NCBI GenBank assembly: GCA_964623635.1
Contig: CAZUUA010000002.1
Span: 17,585-81,584, forward strand
Reading direction: 5' to 3'
DNA: 64,000 nt
Source of the DNA: an uncultured Ruminococcus sp.
Lineage (GTDB): Bacteria > Bacillota > Clostridia > Oscillospirales > CAG-272
This document shows, piece by piece, positions 1-8,825 of the stretch; within the stretch, counting starts at the first letter, position 1, and each line of letters starts with the position of its first letter. The translations under genes were made by a program, and so were the position numbers. The notes under the pieces were generated by a model. The model was not told where the DNA came from. It did no database searches and saw nothing but the letters and a program-made list of their open reading frames with translations.

Positions 1-951
1 ATACGACTCCAAATCCGTTGGCATATTATAGTGTATCACGAAAGAAATGTTGGACTTGTCGATACCCATACCAAAGGCACTGGTGGCCACCATGATCGTC
101 TTCCGGTCGTACAGAAAATCGTTCTGGTTCTCCAAACGCTCCTCCTGCTCCAGACCGGCGTGGTATCGGGTAGCAGGATAGCCACGTTCCCGGAGAAAGT
201 CGCAGACGTCCTCCACCAGCCGCCGTGTGGTGCAATAGATGATACCGGCACCATCGGTCCTGCCCTGTGCATCGGCATAGTTGCGTAATAGCTCTATGAG
301 CTCCATCTTTTTATTCTTGGGTCGAAGGACGCCAAAATATAGATTGGGTCTATCAAAGCCGGTGACGCAACGATAAGGCTCCTGCAGCTGTAGCAGGGTC
401 TGGATATCGTCCCGGACTCTGTCGGAAGCCGTAGCGGTAAAGGCAGCGATGGTGGGTCTGTGGGACAATCGGGCAACGAACGCAGCGATCTTTAGGTAGC
501 TGGGACGAAAATCCTGCCCCCATTGGGAGACGCAATGTGCCTCGTCCACCGCCACACAGGCCAGCGGACAGGTGTTCCAGATGGCGCAGAACTCCTCAGA
601 CAGCAGACGCTCCGGTGCCACGTAGATGAGCTTGTAACGCCCCTCTGCGGCATTCCGGACGGCACGTAGGTATTGGGGATAGGTGAGGGAGCTGTTGATG
701 TACGCAGCAGGCACGCCGACCGCACGAAGGGAAGCCACCTGATCCTGCATGAGCGAGATCAGCGGCGAGATGACCAGCGTCACACCGTCTTGGGAAAGGG
801 CCGGTACTTGGTAGCAAATGGATTTCCCGGCGCCGGTGGGCATGACGCACAAAACGTCCCGACCGGACAGAATGGCATCCACCACCGGTTCCTGTCCTTC
901 CCGAAACGAATCGTACCCGAAATATTGCGAAAGTACCTCAAATTTGTCCAT
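1..951 (-). CDS. recQ: ATP-dependent DNA helicase RecQ, N-terminal 317 codons (ORF continues past the left edge)
   Basis: Not in the ORF track because there is no stop in the window. Manual reverse translation from ATG at 951-949 gives MDKFEVLSQYFGYDSFREGQEPVVDAILSGRDVLCVMPTGAGKS (Walker A). Further on it gives ACVAVDEAHCVSQWGQDFRP (DEAH box) and AGIIYCT, all in the same frame. Confidence 0.9.
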   Translation of the reverse strand, partial: MDKFEVLSQYFGYDSFREGQEPVVDAILSGRDVLCVMPTGAGKSICYQVPALSQDGVTLVISPLISLMQDQVASLRAVGVPAAYINSSLTYPQYLRAVRNAAEGRYKLIYVAPERLLSEEFCAIWNTCPLACVAVDEAHCVSQWGQDFRPSYLKIAAFVARLSHRPTIAAFTATASDRVRDDIQTLLQLQEPYRCVTGFDRPNLYFGVLRPKNKKMELIELLRNYADAQGRTDGAGIIYCTTRRLVEDVCDFLRERGYPATRYHAGLEQEERLENQNDFLYDRKTIMVATSAFGMGIDKSNISFVIHYNMPTDLESY

Positions 952-1004
952 GTGTCCCAAGCTCCTATCCTGTGATCTCTATATAGTATACCAGATTATG
1001 TGGC

Positions 1005-1048
1005 AAAAAACAAGAGGCAAAGTCCGGTCAAAACCGCTTTCCCTCTTG
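1005..1048 (-). terminator. Rho-independent terminator after the TIM-barrel gene
   Basis: On the minus strand, CAAGAGGGAAAG ... CTTTGCCTCTTG forms a 12-bp stem with 1 mismatch, followed by TTTTTTGCC. Confidence 0.6.
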
Positions 1049-1054
1049 CATATT

Positions 1055-1819
1055 TCATTTTCCTTCCAACCAGCTCCGCAGTACGGCACTGTCGATGGGC
1101 AGCTGCGCCGGACTATCGTTGTGCATGAATTCCAGTAGCAGATTGTGATCCCGACCGGAGCCGGATAGGATATCGATGTAGGTCTGCCACCGATCCGTAT
1201 GTGTTGCCAAAGGATAGTGAGCCGCCCCTTCCCAGGAGAACACGTGTACGTTGGATACATAGGGCAGTGTACGCCGCAGTGTGTCCACATTGTATTGGTG
1301 ATCCCGGTATTGGTTGGGCTGCCAGTACAGCCGCAGGGCATCCATAGCCACCTCGTCCACCAATCGCAGTGCACTGTCACAGGCATCGGTCAGCGTACCG
1401 CCATGGCACTCCAAGCTCACCGTCAGTCCACTGTTGGCAGCCACACGGCACGCATCCTGCAGCGTAGCCACCACCGCTTGCCGCTCGTCAGCCGAACAGT
1501 CGCCGCTGCCCTTTGTCCCAGCCCAGACCCGGATGGTCTTCGCACCCAGTGCACGGGCACAGCCAAGCTCCCTGCAGAATTTCTCGTGAGAAGCCGCCGA
1601 AAGCTCTCCTGCTCGCCAGTACGAACCATAGGCCACGGTGCGGATTCCATGGGCAGCGGAAAGGGAACAGGCATCTGCTATGTCTTGGGGAGAATCGGAC
1701 GGCACATGGACATCCCCACCCCATTCGATCACGGTCAGACCGCAGGCTTCCATTCGTTCACAGATATCCTCTTTGGAAAGCGGACGAAATGTGACCGAAA
1801 CCAGTCCCGGTGTCAGCAT
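1055..1819 (-). CDS. Sugar phosphate isomerase/epimerase (xylose-isomerase-like TIM barrel)
   Basis: Track ORF 1055..1942. I start it at the internal ATG 1819 (MLTPGLVSVTF...), which removes the overlap with dapB. The pattern ...IRVWAG...ECHGGTL...LYWQPN... is typical of AP-endonuclease-2/xylose-isomerase-like TIM barrels. Confidence 0.7.
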   Translation of the reverse strand: MLTPGLVSVTFRPLSKEDICERMEACGLTVIEWGGDVHVPSDSPQDIADACSLSAAHGIRTVAYGSYWRAGELSAASHEKFCRELGCARALGAKTIRVWAGTKGSGDCSADERQAVVATLQDACRVAANSGLTVSLECHGGTLTDACDSALRLVDEVAMDALRLYWQPNQYRDHQYNVDTLRRTLPYVSNVHVFSWEGAAHYPLATHTDRWQTYIDILSGSGRDHNLLLEFMHNDSPAQLPIDSAVLRSWLEGK

Positions 1820-1829
1820 AGCGCACACC

Positions 1830-2591
1830 TCACAGCATATCCCGGCACACGTCGGACATGGTGTAGAACCCCGGCTCCTGCTTGACCAGATACAATGCCG
1901 CCTTGATGGCACCGACCGCAAACAGGTCCCGGCTACCGGCACTGTGGGACAGCTTGATCACCTCGTCCGTTCCGGCAAAGATCACCTCGTGCTCGCCCAC
2001 GATGGTACCGCCACGGATGCTGGCAATGCCGATCTCCTTCTTGTCCCGTGCCTGCCGAACGCTGTGCCGGTCATAGACAAAGGTAGAGTCTCCGTCTCGA
2101 CCCTCGGCTGCGGCTTCTGCCAACATCAGCGCCGTACCACTGGGAGCGTCCAGCTTCTTGTTGTGGTGCATTTCCAGCACTTCGATGTCGTATTCCTCGC
2201 CCAGCACCGCAGCGGTCTTCTTGACCAGTTCGGAAAGCAAATTGATGCCAAGAGACATATTTCGAGAGTGGAGCACCGGAATGACCTTGGCGGCTTCGTG
2301 GATCAGCGCCGTTTCTTCGTCGGTGTGGCCGGTGGTGCAGATGACCGCAGGAATGTGGTGTGCGGTAGCATAGTCCAGCAGCGCCGTCGCCACGGTGTGA
2401 TAGGAGCAGTCGATGAGGATGTCGGGCACCACTGTGACCTCGTCAAAGCTTGTCCAGATGGGGTAGGCAGCGTCGGCCACAGGATGCACGTCCACGCCAC
2501 CCACGATGGTCATGTCGTCCCGGTCGTCCACCAGCCGAGCAATGGTCGAACAAAGCCGCCCCGACGCACCGGATAATAAAATATGGTACAT
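1830..2591 (-). CDS. dapB: 4-hydroxy-tetrahydrodipicolinate reductase
   Basis: 253 aa. N-terminal GASGRL Rossmann motif, plus EMHHNKKLDAPSGTA and IASIRGGTIVGEH, which are signature DapB blocks. Confidence 0.95.
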   Translation of the reverse strand: MYHILLSGASGRLCSTIARLVDDRDDMTIVGGVDVHPVADAAYPIWTSFDEVTVVPDILIDCSYHTVATALLDYATAHHIPAVICTTGHTDEETALIHEAAKVIPVLHSRNMSLGINLLSELVKKTAAVLGEEYDIEVLEMHHNKKLDAPSGTALMLAEAAAEGRDGDSTFVYDRHSVRQARDKKEIGIASIRGGTIVGEHEVIFAGTDEVIKLSHSAGSRDLFAVGAIKAALYLVKQEPGFYTMSDVCRDML

Positions 2592-2621
2592 TTTTGAATC
2601 TCCTGTTTTTTGATTAAGTCA

Positions 2622-2649
2622 GAAGTTGGATGTTGGAAGTTGGAAGTGG
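2622..2649. repeat. Four tandem heptamers (GAAGTTG GATGTTG GAAGTTG GAAGTGG) in the dapA-dapB spacer
   Basis: Read directly from the sequence. The last unit plus GA (2643-2651) is complementary to TCCCACTTC at 2715-2723. Confidence 0.6.
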
Positions 2650-2730
2650 GATACCACACAATTGTGGGGGTACAAGCCTAACGGGAATTCTACACCTACC
2701 TCTGACCTCTCACTTCCCACTTCGCACTAC

Positions 2731-3636
2731 TTACTTCCCCAAAAGTCCCACTTCACGCAGAGCTTCTGCCAAGACGGCCTTGTTTTTGTCGTCCATTTCG
2801 CACAGGGGCAGCCGCATGGAGTCGCTGCACAGTCCCAGCATACCGCAGGCCGTCTTCACCGGAATGGGGTTGACCTCGATGAACAGGGCGTTGATGAGCT
2901 TCAACAGCTGCAGCTGCATATCCCGGGAACCGATAACGTCCCCTTCGAAATATTTGGCACAGATATCATGAGTCTCCTTCGGCAGCACGTTGGACAGGAC
3001 GGAGATGACGCCACGGCCACCCAGAGACAGGATGGGTACGATCTGGTCGTCGTTACCGCTGTAGATGGTGAGGGAATCGGAAAGCTCGGCGGCGATCTCG
3101 GCGATCTGGCTCATGTTCCCGGAGGCTTCCTTGGTAGCAACGATGCGCTCGTGCTTGGCCAGCTCCCGATAGACGGACAGCGGAATATTGACGCCGGTGC
3201 GAGAGGGAACGTTATAGAGGATGATGGGCTTGTTCGTGCGCTCTGCAGTGTCCAAGAAGGATTTGATGAGTCCCTTGGGCGTTGCCTTGTTGTAGTAGGG
3301 CGTCACCAGCAGCAGGGCATCGGCACCCACTTCGCAGGCATATTGGGACAGGGAATTGGCGTATTCGGTGTCGTTGGAACCGGTACCGGCGATCATGGGA
3401 ACACGACCGGCGATCTTTTCTGCCGCATACCGGATGCACTGCCGGTGTTCTTCGTCGGTCAAGGTGGAGCCTTCACCGGTGGTGCCACAAATGACCAGCG
3501 CATCTATGCCGCTGTCGATCTGCCAATCGATGAGTCTGCCGAATGCCTCATAATCTACGCCGCCGTCCTTGCCAAAGGGTGTGATCAGCGCCGACGCTGC
3601 CCCTGTGAAAACGATATCCTTCTGAAAAGTACCCAT
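2731..3636 (-). CDS. dapA: 4-hydroxy-tetrahydrodipicolinate synthase
   Basis: 301 aa. ALITPF, GTTGEGSTLT, YNVPSRTG and the KEASGN active-site Lys block. RBS AAAGGAGAA lies upstream. Confidence 0.95.
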   Translation of the reverse strand: MGTFQKDIVFTGAASALITPFGKDGGVDYEAFGRLIDWQIDSGIDALVICGTTGEGSTLTDEEHRQCIRYAAEKIAGRVPMIAGTGSNDTEYANSLSQYACEVGADALLLVTPYYNKATPKGLIKSFLDTAERTNKPIILYNVPSRTGVNIPLSVYRELAKHERIVATKEASGNMSQIAEIAAELSDSLTIYSGNDDQIVPILSLGGRGVISVLSNVLPKETHDICAKYFEGDVIGSRDMQLQLLKLINALFIEVNPIPVKTACGMLGLCSDSMRLPLCEMDDKNKAVLAEALREVGLLGK

Positions 3637-3704
3637 TGTATATATTCTCCTTTTTGTGGTTTTTGGTGAAGCTGGGAAGAAATTTGTCTTTTTCCAAGAA
3701 ATAT

Positions 3705-3726
3705 AAAAAACCGGCTTGCAAACCGG
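3705..3726 (-). terminator. Short hairpin + U-tract, putative expression-platform terminator of the L-box
   Basis: On the minus strand, CCGGTTTGCAAGCCGG (6 bp including a G-U pair, 4-nt loop) is followed by TTTTTTATATTT, between the riboswitch core and the dapA RBS. The stem is weak. Confidence 0.4.
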
Positions 3727-3772
3727 CTAACTGTGTACTATAATATAGGTATGCCCAAAATGACAACCAATA

Positions 3773-3968
3773 CACAGATAGCGCCCCACTCCGCAAAGAG
3801 TGACAGTACGTCGCCTATTCGGCAAGCGTCCCAGAGCCATCGGCAGTCTCACCGACAGAACTTCGGCATCTCTCGCCTTTTCCCGTTTTCCTATTCCCGG
3901 GGTATTTCCGGAACGGGCAGACTGACCCATCCGAAAACGGCTACTGATCGGAGATGCTCCTCTATCCT
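3773..3968 (-). promoter_or_regulatory. Lysine riboswitch (L-box) leader of dapA
   Basis: The minus strand reads GATAGAGGAGCATCTCCGATCAGTAGCC ... GGCGAGAGATGCCGAAGTTCTGTCGG ... CTGCCGATGGCTCTGGGACG ... ACTGTCACTC ... GGGGCGCTATCTG. It contains the L-box hallmarks AGAGG.GC, AGTA, GCCGAAG, CTGTCA and a P1 closing strand complementary to the 5' end. It sits in front of a lysine-pathway gene. Confidence 0.75.
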
Positions 3969-4145
3969 ATTTTATGTACGAACGAACCGGTGTGTTCCAT
4001 AGGTGCCCACCAACGTCCTTTCTGTACATCCATATCATATCACGATTTCTCCCATTTGTCAATTCCCTTCGACAAAATTTTTCAAGAAAAGTGGGCAGAC
4101 CCTGTGGAGAAATATGTGCGTCCCTGTGATGCATATCTGTGGAAA

Positions 4146-4317
4146 GGCACCACCGCACAATTCACGGCTAACGCCTTGATGGCACATCTGCTTGCATCTT
4201 TCCCGTCATACTTCACAAATCCACCTTGCCTTACGAGTGTAAGCCTGCGGTGAATTTGTTTTGTCTGACGAAAAATCTGCCGACGCATCTGCATCATCAG
4301 AATTGTGCGGTGGCGCC
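4146..4317. repeat. Palindromic repeat element, long copy (172 bp) with 18-nt terminal inverted repeats
   Basis: GGCACCACCGCACAATTC ... GAATTGTGCGGTGGCGCC. Both arms match the reverse complement of the 71-bp copy at 8750-8820. It carries an extra 94 bp bracketed by a direct repeat CATCTGC, and is flanked by GAAA on both sides. Confidence 0.8.
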
Positions 4318-4372
4318 GAAACAAAAATTCTCTTGCGAATCACTTCAAAAATCCAATTGAAAGGTTAATCCT

Positions 4373-5473
4373 ATGATCAAAAATACATTGCCCAAAACAG
4401 ATTTGACCCTGTCCGCATTCCATTATGATTTGCCCCAGTCCTATATCGCACAGACGCCGGTGGAGCCACGAGATTCGTCCCGGCTCATGATCGTCGATCG
4501 GCAGAAGGATGGTGTGGAGCATAGAATATTTCGGGATATCGTGGAGTATTTGCGCCCGGAGGACACCTTGGTCATCAACGACACCCGTGTCATTCCGGCA
4601 CGCATCATCGGCAGACGGATCCGCAAAATGACCCCGGACGGAGAAGTGGACGCCGAAGGAACCGGTGCCGTAGAGCTGCTGCTTCTGAAGCAACTGGAAA
4701 ACGATACCTGGGAAGCACTGGCCGGTCCCGGAAAACGTGCCAAACCCGGCGATACATTGGCTTTTGGGGAAGGGGAAATGCTCCTTGGCCACGTGGAGGC
4801 GGTGGGTGAAGGTGGCTGCAGACGGGTGCGCCTGGAAGCAAAGGGCGACTTCCAGACCGTCTACGAAGCCCTGCACACCTTAGGTACCATGCCACTGCCG
4901 CCGTACATCACCGAACAGCTCCACGATCAGGAACGCTACCAGACCGTCTACGCCCGGGAAGAAGGCTCCGCTGCAGCCCCCACCGCCGGTCTCCACTTCA
5001 CACCGGAGCTGCTCCAAAGGGTGCGGGACAAGGGCTGTGCCGTGGTGCCGGTGCTCCTGCACGTGGGACTTGGAACCTTTCGACCTGTGAAGGAAGACAA
5101 GATCGAGGACCACGAAATGCACGCCGAATATATCCACGTCACCGAAGAAGCTGCCAATACGATCAATCAACGCAAGAAGAACGGCGGCAGAGTCATCGCA
5201 GTGGGCACCACGTCCTGCCGAGTCTTGGAAAGCGCCACCGACGAAGACGGCATCCTGCACCCGGTCTCCACCGACACCGGCATCTTCATCTACCCCGGCT
5301 ACCGGTTCAAAATGGTGGACGCCCTGATCACCAACTTCCATCTGCCGGAAAGCACCCTGCTCATGCTGGTCTCCGCTTTGGCCGGTCGGGAAAAAATATT
5401 GGACGCATACAATATCGCCGTGGCAGAAAAGTATCGGTTCTTCTCCTTTGGCGATGCCATGTTCATCCAGTGA
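4373..5473 (+). CDS. queA: S-adenosylmethionine:tRNA ribosyltransferase-isomerase
   Basis: 366 aa. FHYDLPQSYIAQTPVEPRDSSRLM, LVINDTRVIPAR, PLPPYI, AAPTAGLHFT and GTTSCRVLES are canonical QueA blocks. Confidence 0.95.
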   Translation: MIKNTLPKTDLTLSAFHYDLPQSYIAQTPVEPRDSSRLMIVDRQKDGVEHRIFRDIVEYLRPEDTLVINDTRVIPARIIGRRIRKMTPDGEVDAEGTGAVELLLLKQLENDTWEALAGPGKRAKPGDTLAFGEGEMLLGHVEAVGEGGCRRVRLEAKGDFQTVYEALHTLGTMPLPPYITEQLHDQERYQTVYAREEGSAAAPTAGLHFTPELLQRVRDKGCAVVPVLLHVGLGTFRPVKEDKIEDHEMHAEYIHVTEEAANTINQRKKNGGRVIAVGTTSCRVLESATDEDGILHPVSTDTGIFIYPGYRFKMVDALITNFHLPESTLLMLVSALAGREKILDAYNIAVAEKYRFFSFGDAMFIQ

Positions 5474-5483
5474 CAAAATCCAG

Positions 5484-5514
5484 AAGCGTTCCGTCCCCCG
5501 TGGAGCGCTTTTTT
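5484..5514 (+). terminator. Rho-independent terminator after queA
   Basis: AAGCGTTCC gtcccccgt GGAGCGCTT followed by TTTTT. Confidence 0.6.
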
Positions 5515-5607
5515 ACGCCTGCCGGTGCTTTCCCAAAAACAGAAACAAATCTTTAACATCTCTGTGCTATATTATGATCACACCGAGCCTATAAAGGAGT
5601 CAATACT

Positions 5608-6279
5608 ATGTTCAAATTATTGGTCGTTGAGGACGATCGGGAACTCAACCAAACACTGTGTGCCTTTTTGCGCCGCAACGGATACGACGCCATCGGCTGC
5701 CTGAATGCCAACGAAGCCTACGACGCTTTGTACGAGCATACCATCGACTTGATCATCTCCGATATCATGATGCCCGGCACCGACGGCTTTGCCTTCGCCG
5801 AAGCGGTTCGAGAGACCAACAAAACCATTCCCATGCTGTTCCTGACCGCCAGAGACGACTTGGACGCCAAAAAGCGTGGCTTCGCATTGGGCGTGGACGA
5901 TTATATGACCAAGCCGGTGGTGCTGGAAGAGCTGCTACTCCACATCGGTGCGCTGCTGAGACGAGCCGGAATCATGGCAAGCCGACGCCTCACCATCGGT
6001 TCCTTCACCATGGACGCCGACGAACATACCGCCACGCTGGGAGAACGTGAGATCCCATTGACCAGCCGGGAGTTCTCCATCCTCTATAAGCTCCTGAGCT
6101 ACCCCAAACGCACCTTCACCCGCACCCAGCTCATGGAAGAATTCTGGGAAGCCGACACCGAGACCGCACCCCGTGCCGTGGATGTGTACATGACCAAGCT
6201 CCGGGCTAAGCTTGTTGACTGCGAAGAATTTGAGATTAAAACCGTACACGGTCTGGGCTATAAGGCGGTGTGCAAATGA
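5608..6279 (+). CDS. OmpR/PhoB-family response regulator
   Basis: 223 aa. Receiver domain (LLVVEDD ... DLIISDIMMPGTDG ... LTA ... K) plus a winged-helix C-terminus (LTSREFSILYKLL ... VDVYMTKLRAKL ... TVHGLGY). Confidence 0.9.
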   Translation: MFKLLVVEDDRELNQTLCAFLRRNGYDAIGCLNANEAYDALYEHTIDLIISDIMMPGTDGFAFAEAVRETNKTIPMLFLTARDDLDAKKRGFALGVDDYMTKPVVLEELLLHIGALLRRAGIMASRRLTIGSFTMDADEHTATLGEREIPLTSREFSILYKLLSYPKRTFTRTQLMEEFWEADTETAPRAVDVYMTKLRAKLVDCEEFEIKTVHGLGYKAVCK

Positions 6280-7355
6280 ACGCCAAAAAACCGGGCTTCC
6301 GGCGCCGCTTTGCCATCAGTGTCTATCGCTGCCTGCTGTTCTTCTGCTTGGTCGCTTTCGTCACATCCTGCTGTATGCTTCTGTTTCTGAATATTTTAAT
6401 GGACGGCATCGACCTGACCCTAACCCCGGAAAACCTCAATATGGCCGCCAAGCTGACCTTTGGCAACGTGGTGCTGCTGGGCATCCTGTTCACCCTCATC
6501 GATAGCCTCCGCCGCCGACTGACCGTGGAGCGTCCCGTGAAGCGCATCGTGGCCGGTGCCGAAAAGATCATGCAGGGGGACTTCTCCGTGCGCATCGATA
6601 GGAACCTGCAGGACGACACCTTTGGGGAGATCATCGACTGCTTCAACCGTATGGCAGAGGAGCTGTCCGGCGTGGAGACCCTGCGCACCGACTTTATCGC
6701 CAACGTGTCCCACGAAATGAAGACCCCGCTGGCCCTGCTCCAAAACTACGGCACCCTGCTGCAGGACCCGTCTCTCACCGAGGCAGAACGCATGACCTAT
6801 GCCCAAGGCGTCCGAGACGGTGCCAGACGGCTGTCCGATATGATGACGAATATTCTCAAACTCAATCGATTGGAGAACCAGCAAATCTATCCCAAAACGG
6901 AACGGTTCGAGCTGGGCGAACAGCTTTGCGAATGCCTGCTGGTCTACGAATCCACTTGGGAAAACGCCAACATCGAGCCCGTCACCGACATGGAGGAGGA
7001 CGTGTTTGTGGAAGCCGACCGGTCGCTTTTGTCTCTGGTTTGGAACAATTTGTTCTCCAATGCATTCAAGTTCACGCCGCCGGAGGGCACAGTCACCGTA
7101 CGCCTCACGACCGAGGGCGAATACGCCGTGGTGCAGGTGCAGGATACCGGCTGTGGGATGTCCGCCGAGGTGGGTGCGCACATCTTTGAGAAATTCTACC
7201 AAGGGGACTCGTCTCGTGCCACACAGGGCAACGGTCTGGGTCTGGCGTTGGTAAAACGTGTGGTGGACATTCTCCATGGAGAAATATCCGTAGAAAGTAC
7301 CGTTGGCGTAGGCTCCACCTTTACCGTGCGCATTCGGAGGAAAAATGATGGGTAA
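6276..7355 (+). CDS. Sensor histidine kinase (2 TM, HAMP, HisKA, HATPase_c)
   Basis: H-box FIANVSHEMKTPL, N-box WNNLFSNAFKF, G-boxes DTGCGM and GNGLGLAL. ATG 6276 overlaps the regulator stop (ATGA); the track start is GTG 6270. Confidence 0.9.
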   Translation: MNAKKPGFRRRFAISVYRCLLFFCLVAFVTSCCMLLFLNILMDGIDLTLTPENLNMAAKLTFGNVVLLGILFTLIDSLRRRLTVERPVKRIVAGAEKIMQGDFSVRIDRNLQDDTFGEIIDCFNRMAEELSGVETLRTDFIANVSHEMKTPLALLQNYGTLLQDPSLTEAERMTYAQGVRDGARRLSDMMTNILKLNRLENQQIYPKTERFELGEQLCECLLVYESTWENANIEPVTDMEEDVFVEADRSLLSLVWNNLFSNAFKFTPPEGTVTVRLTTEGEYAVVQVQDTGCGMSAEVGAHIFEKFYQGDSSRATQGNGLGLALVKRVVDILHGEISVESTVGVGSTFTVRIRRKNDG

Positions 7356-8214
7356 AAAATGGCTGCATCTGCTTTTTCCGCCGCTGTGGCTGCTTCTGCT
7401 GCTCACACCCATCGCCGCCGCTTCTCTGGTGTACAGCCTGCTATGCCTGCCGGAGACAGACTGGAGACGCATCGGTGCCTACGTGCTGTCGTTCTATACC
7501 TTGACTGTTTGGTGCGTCCGGGTACCAAGGCTGGTTCGAGGGTACCAAAGACTGCGGCAGGACAACCGACTGCTTCGGCGCTGGCGAGAGGATCTCCATC
7601 TGCGCACCCGGATCACGCTCTTTGGCAACGTGCTCTGGAACACCGGTTATGCCACCTTACAATTGGGGCTTGGTATCGTTCACCATTCTGCATGGTTTTT
7701 CACCTTAGCGGTGTACTACGGTTCTCTGGCGCTGATGCGGTTTTGTCTGGTGCGATACACCCTGTCCCACAGTCCCGGCGAAGACCTGCGGCGTGAGTGG
7801 CACCTGTACCGCATCTGTGGCTGGGTCTTCCTGCTACTGAATCTGGCGCTGTCCGGGATGCTGATGCTTCTGCTGACAGAGAACCGCATGGTGGAGCATC
7901 ACCCGATCACCACCATTGCCCAAGCCGCCTACACCTTCACCACCCTGACCATGGCCATCGTGCAGCGGATACGCACCCGGCGCTGGGGCAGTCCCGTGCT
8001 GTCTGCCGCCAAAGCTGTGTCCCTGACCGCCGCCTCTGTGTCCATGCTGAACTTGGAAGCCACCATGCTTGCGACCTTTGGCGGTGCCGAAATGACCGTT
8101 CACACCATGCGACTGTTTCTGTCCCTGAGCGGTGGTGCGGTGTGCATCGGTGTGGTGGTCATGGCGGTGCTTATGCTCGTGAAATCGAAGCATCAACTGC
8201 ATAAATATAGATGA
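7345..8214 (+). CDS. Polytopic membrane protein of unknown function, translationally coupled to the kinase
   Basis: 289 aa with about 6 hydrophobic segments. The start overlaps the kinase stop region. I recognise no family. Confidence 0.6.
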   Translation: MMGKKWLHLLFPPLWLLLLLTPIAAASLVYSLLCLPETDWRRIGAYVLSFYTLTVWCVRVPRLVRGYQRLRQDNRLLRRWREDLHLRTRITLFGNVLWNTGYATLQLGLGIVHHSAWFFTLAVYYGSLALMRFCLVRYTLSHSPGEDLRREWHLYRICGWVFLLLNLALSGMLMLLLTENRMVEHHPITTIAQAAYTFTTLTMAIVQRIRTRRWGSPVLSAAKAVSLTAASVSMLNLEATMLATFGGAEMTVHTMRLFLSLSGGAVCIGVVVMAVLMLVKSKHQLHKYR

Positions 8215-8225
8215 GGATAAAAAAC

Positions 8226-8633
8226 ATGAAAAACGAAAAAACAGACAAAGATACCTTTCGCATGACCTACTCTGCCCGGCAGCAGGAAGAGATCAAGGCG
8301 ATCCGGCAAAAATATATGCCCGAAGAACAACCGGCGCAGACCAATATCGAACGGGTGCGAGCACTGGACGCCGGGGTAGACAAAAAGGCCACCACCTGGG
8401 CACTGACCATCGGCATCCTTGGCACCCTGCTTATGGGACTGGGAATGAGTATGCTCATGTCCGAGTTTGGCACGCTCTTTGGCACACTGGCCACTCCGTT
8501 TGGCATCGGCATCGGTGTGGTGGGCATCGTAGCGCTGACCTGTGCCTATCCGGTGTACCTGCACATCGGCAAACGGGAACGGGAAAAGATCGCACCGGAG
8601 ATCCTGCGCCTGACCGATACGATCTTGAAATAA
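8226..8633 (+). CDS. Small membrane protein (2 TM) of unknown function
   Basis: Track ORF 8211..8633. ATG 8226 has GAGGA 8 nt upstream; 8211 (ATGA overlap with the preceding stop) is an alternative. Soluble charged N-terminal half, then two Gly-rich TM helices. Confidence 0.55.
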   Translation: MKNEKTDKDTFRMTYSARQQEEIKAIRQKYMPEEQPAQTNIERVRALDAGVDKKATTWALTIGILGTLLMGLGMSMLMSEFGTLFGTLATPFGIGIGVVGIVALTCAYPVYLHIGKREREKIAPEILRLTDTILK

Positions 8634-8749
8634 ACACAGAAACCAAAAAAGGACCGCATCCAATCGATACGATCCTTTTTCTTTGGCTCCATTTATGTAG
8701 ATTTTTGGAATATCTTTACGATAGTTTGTTTGTGAAAGACGAAACTTAG

Positions 8750-8820
8750 GGTGCCACCGCACAATTCTGATGATGCAGATGTGCCATCAAGGCGTTAGCC
8801 GTGAATTGTGCGGTGGTGCC
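8750..8820. repeat. Palindromic repeat element, short copy (71 bp)
   Basis: GGTGCCACCGCACAATTC tgatgatgcagatgtgccatcaaggcgttagccgt GAATTGTGCGGTGGTGCC. The arms pair over 18 positions if two G-T/G-U pairs are allowed. It is the reverse complement of the arms of the element at 4146-4317, is flanked by TTAG on both sides, and lies between two convergent gene ends. Confidence 0.8.
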
Positions 8821-8825
8821 TTAGC

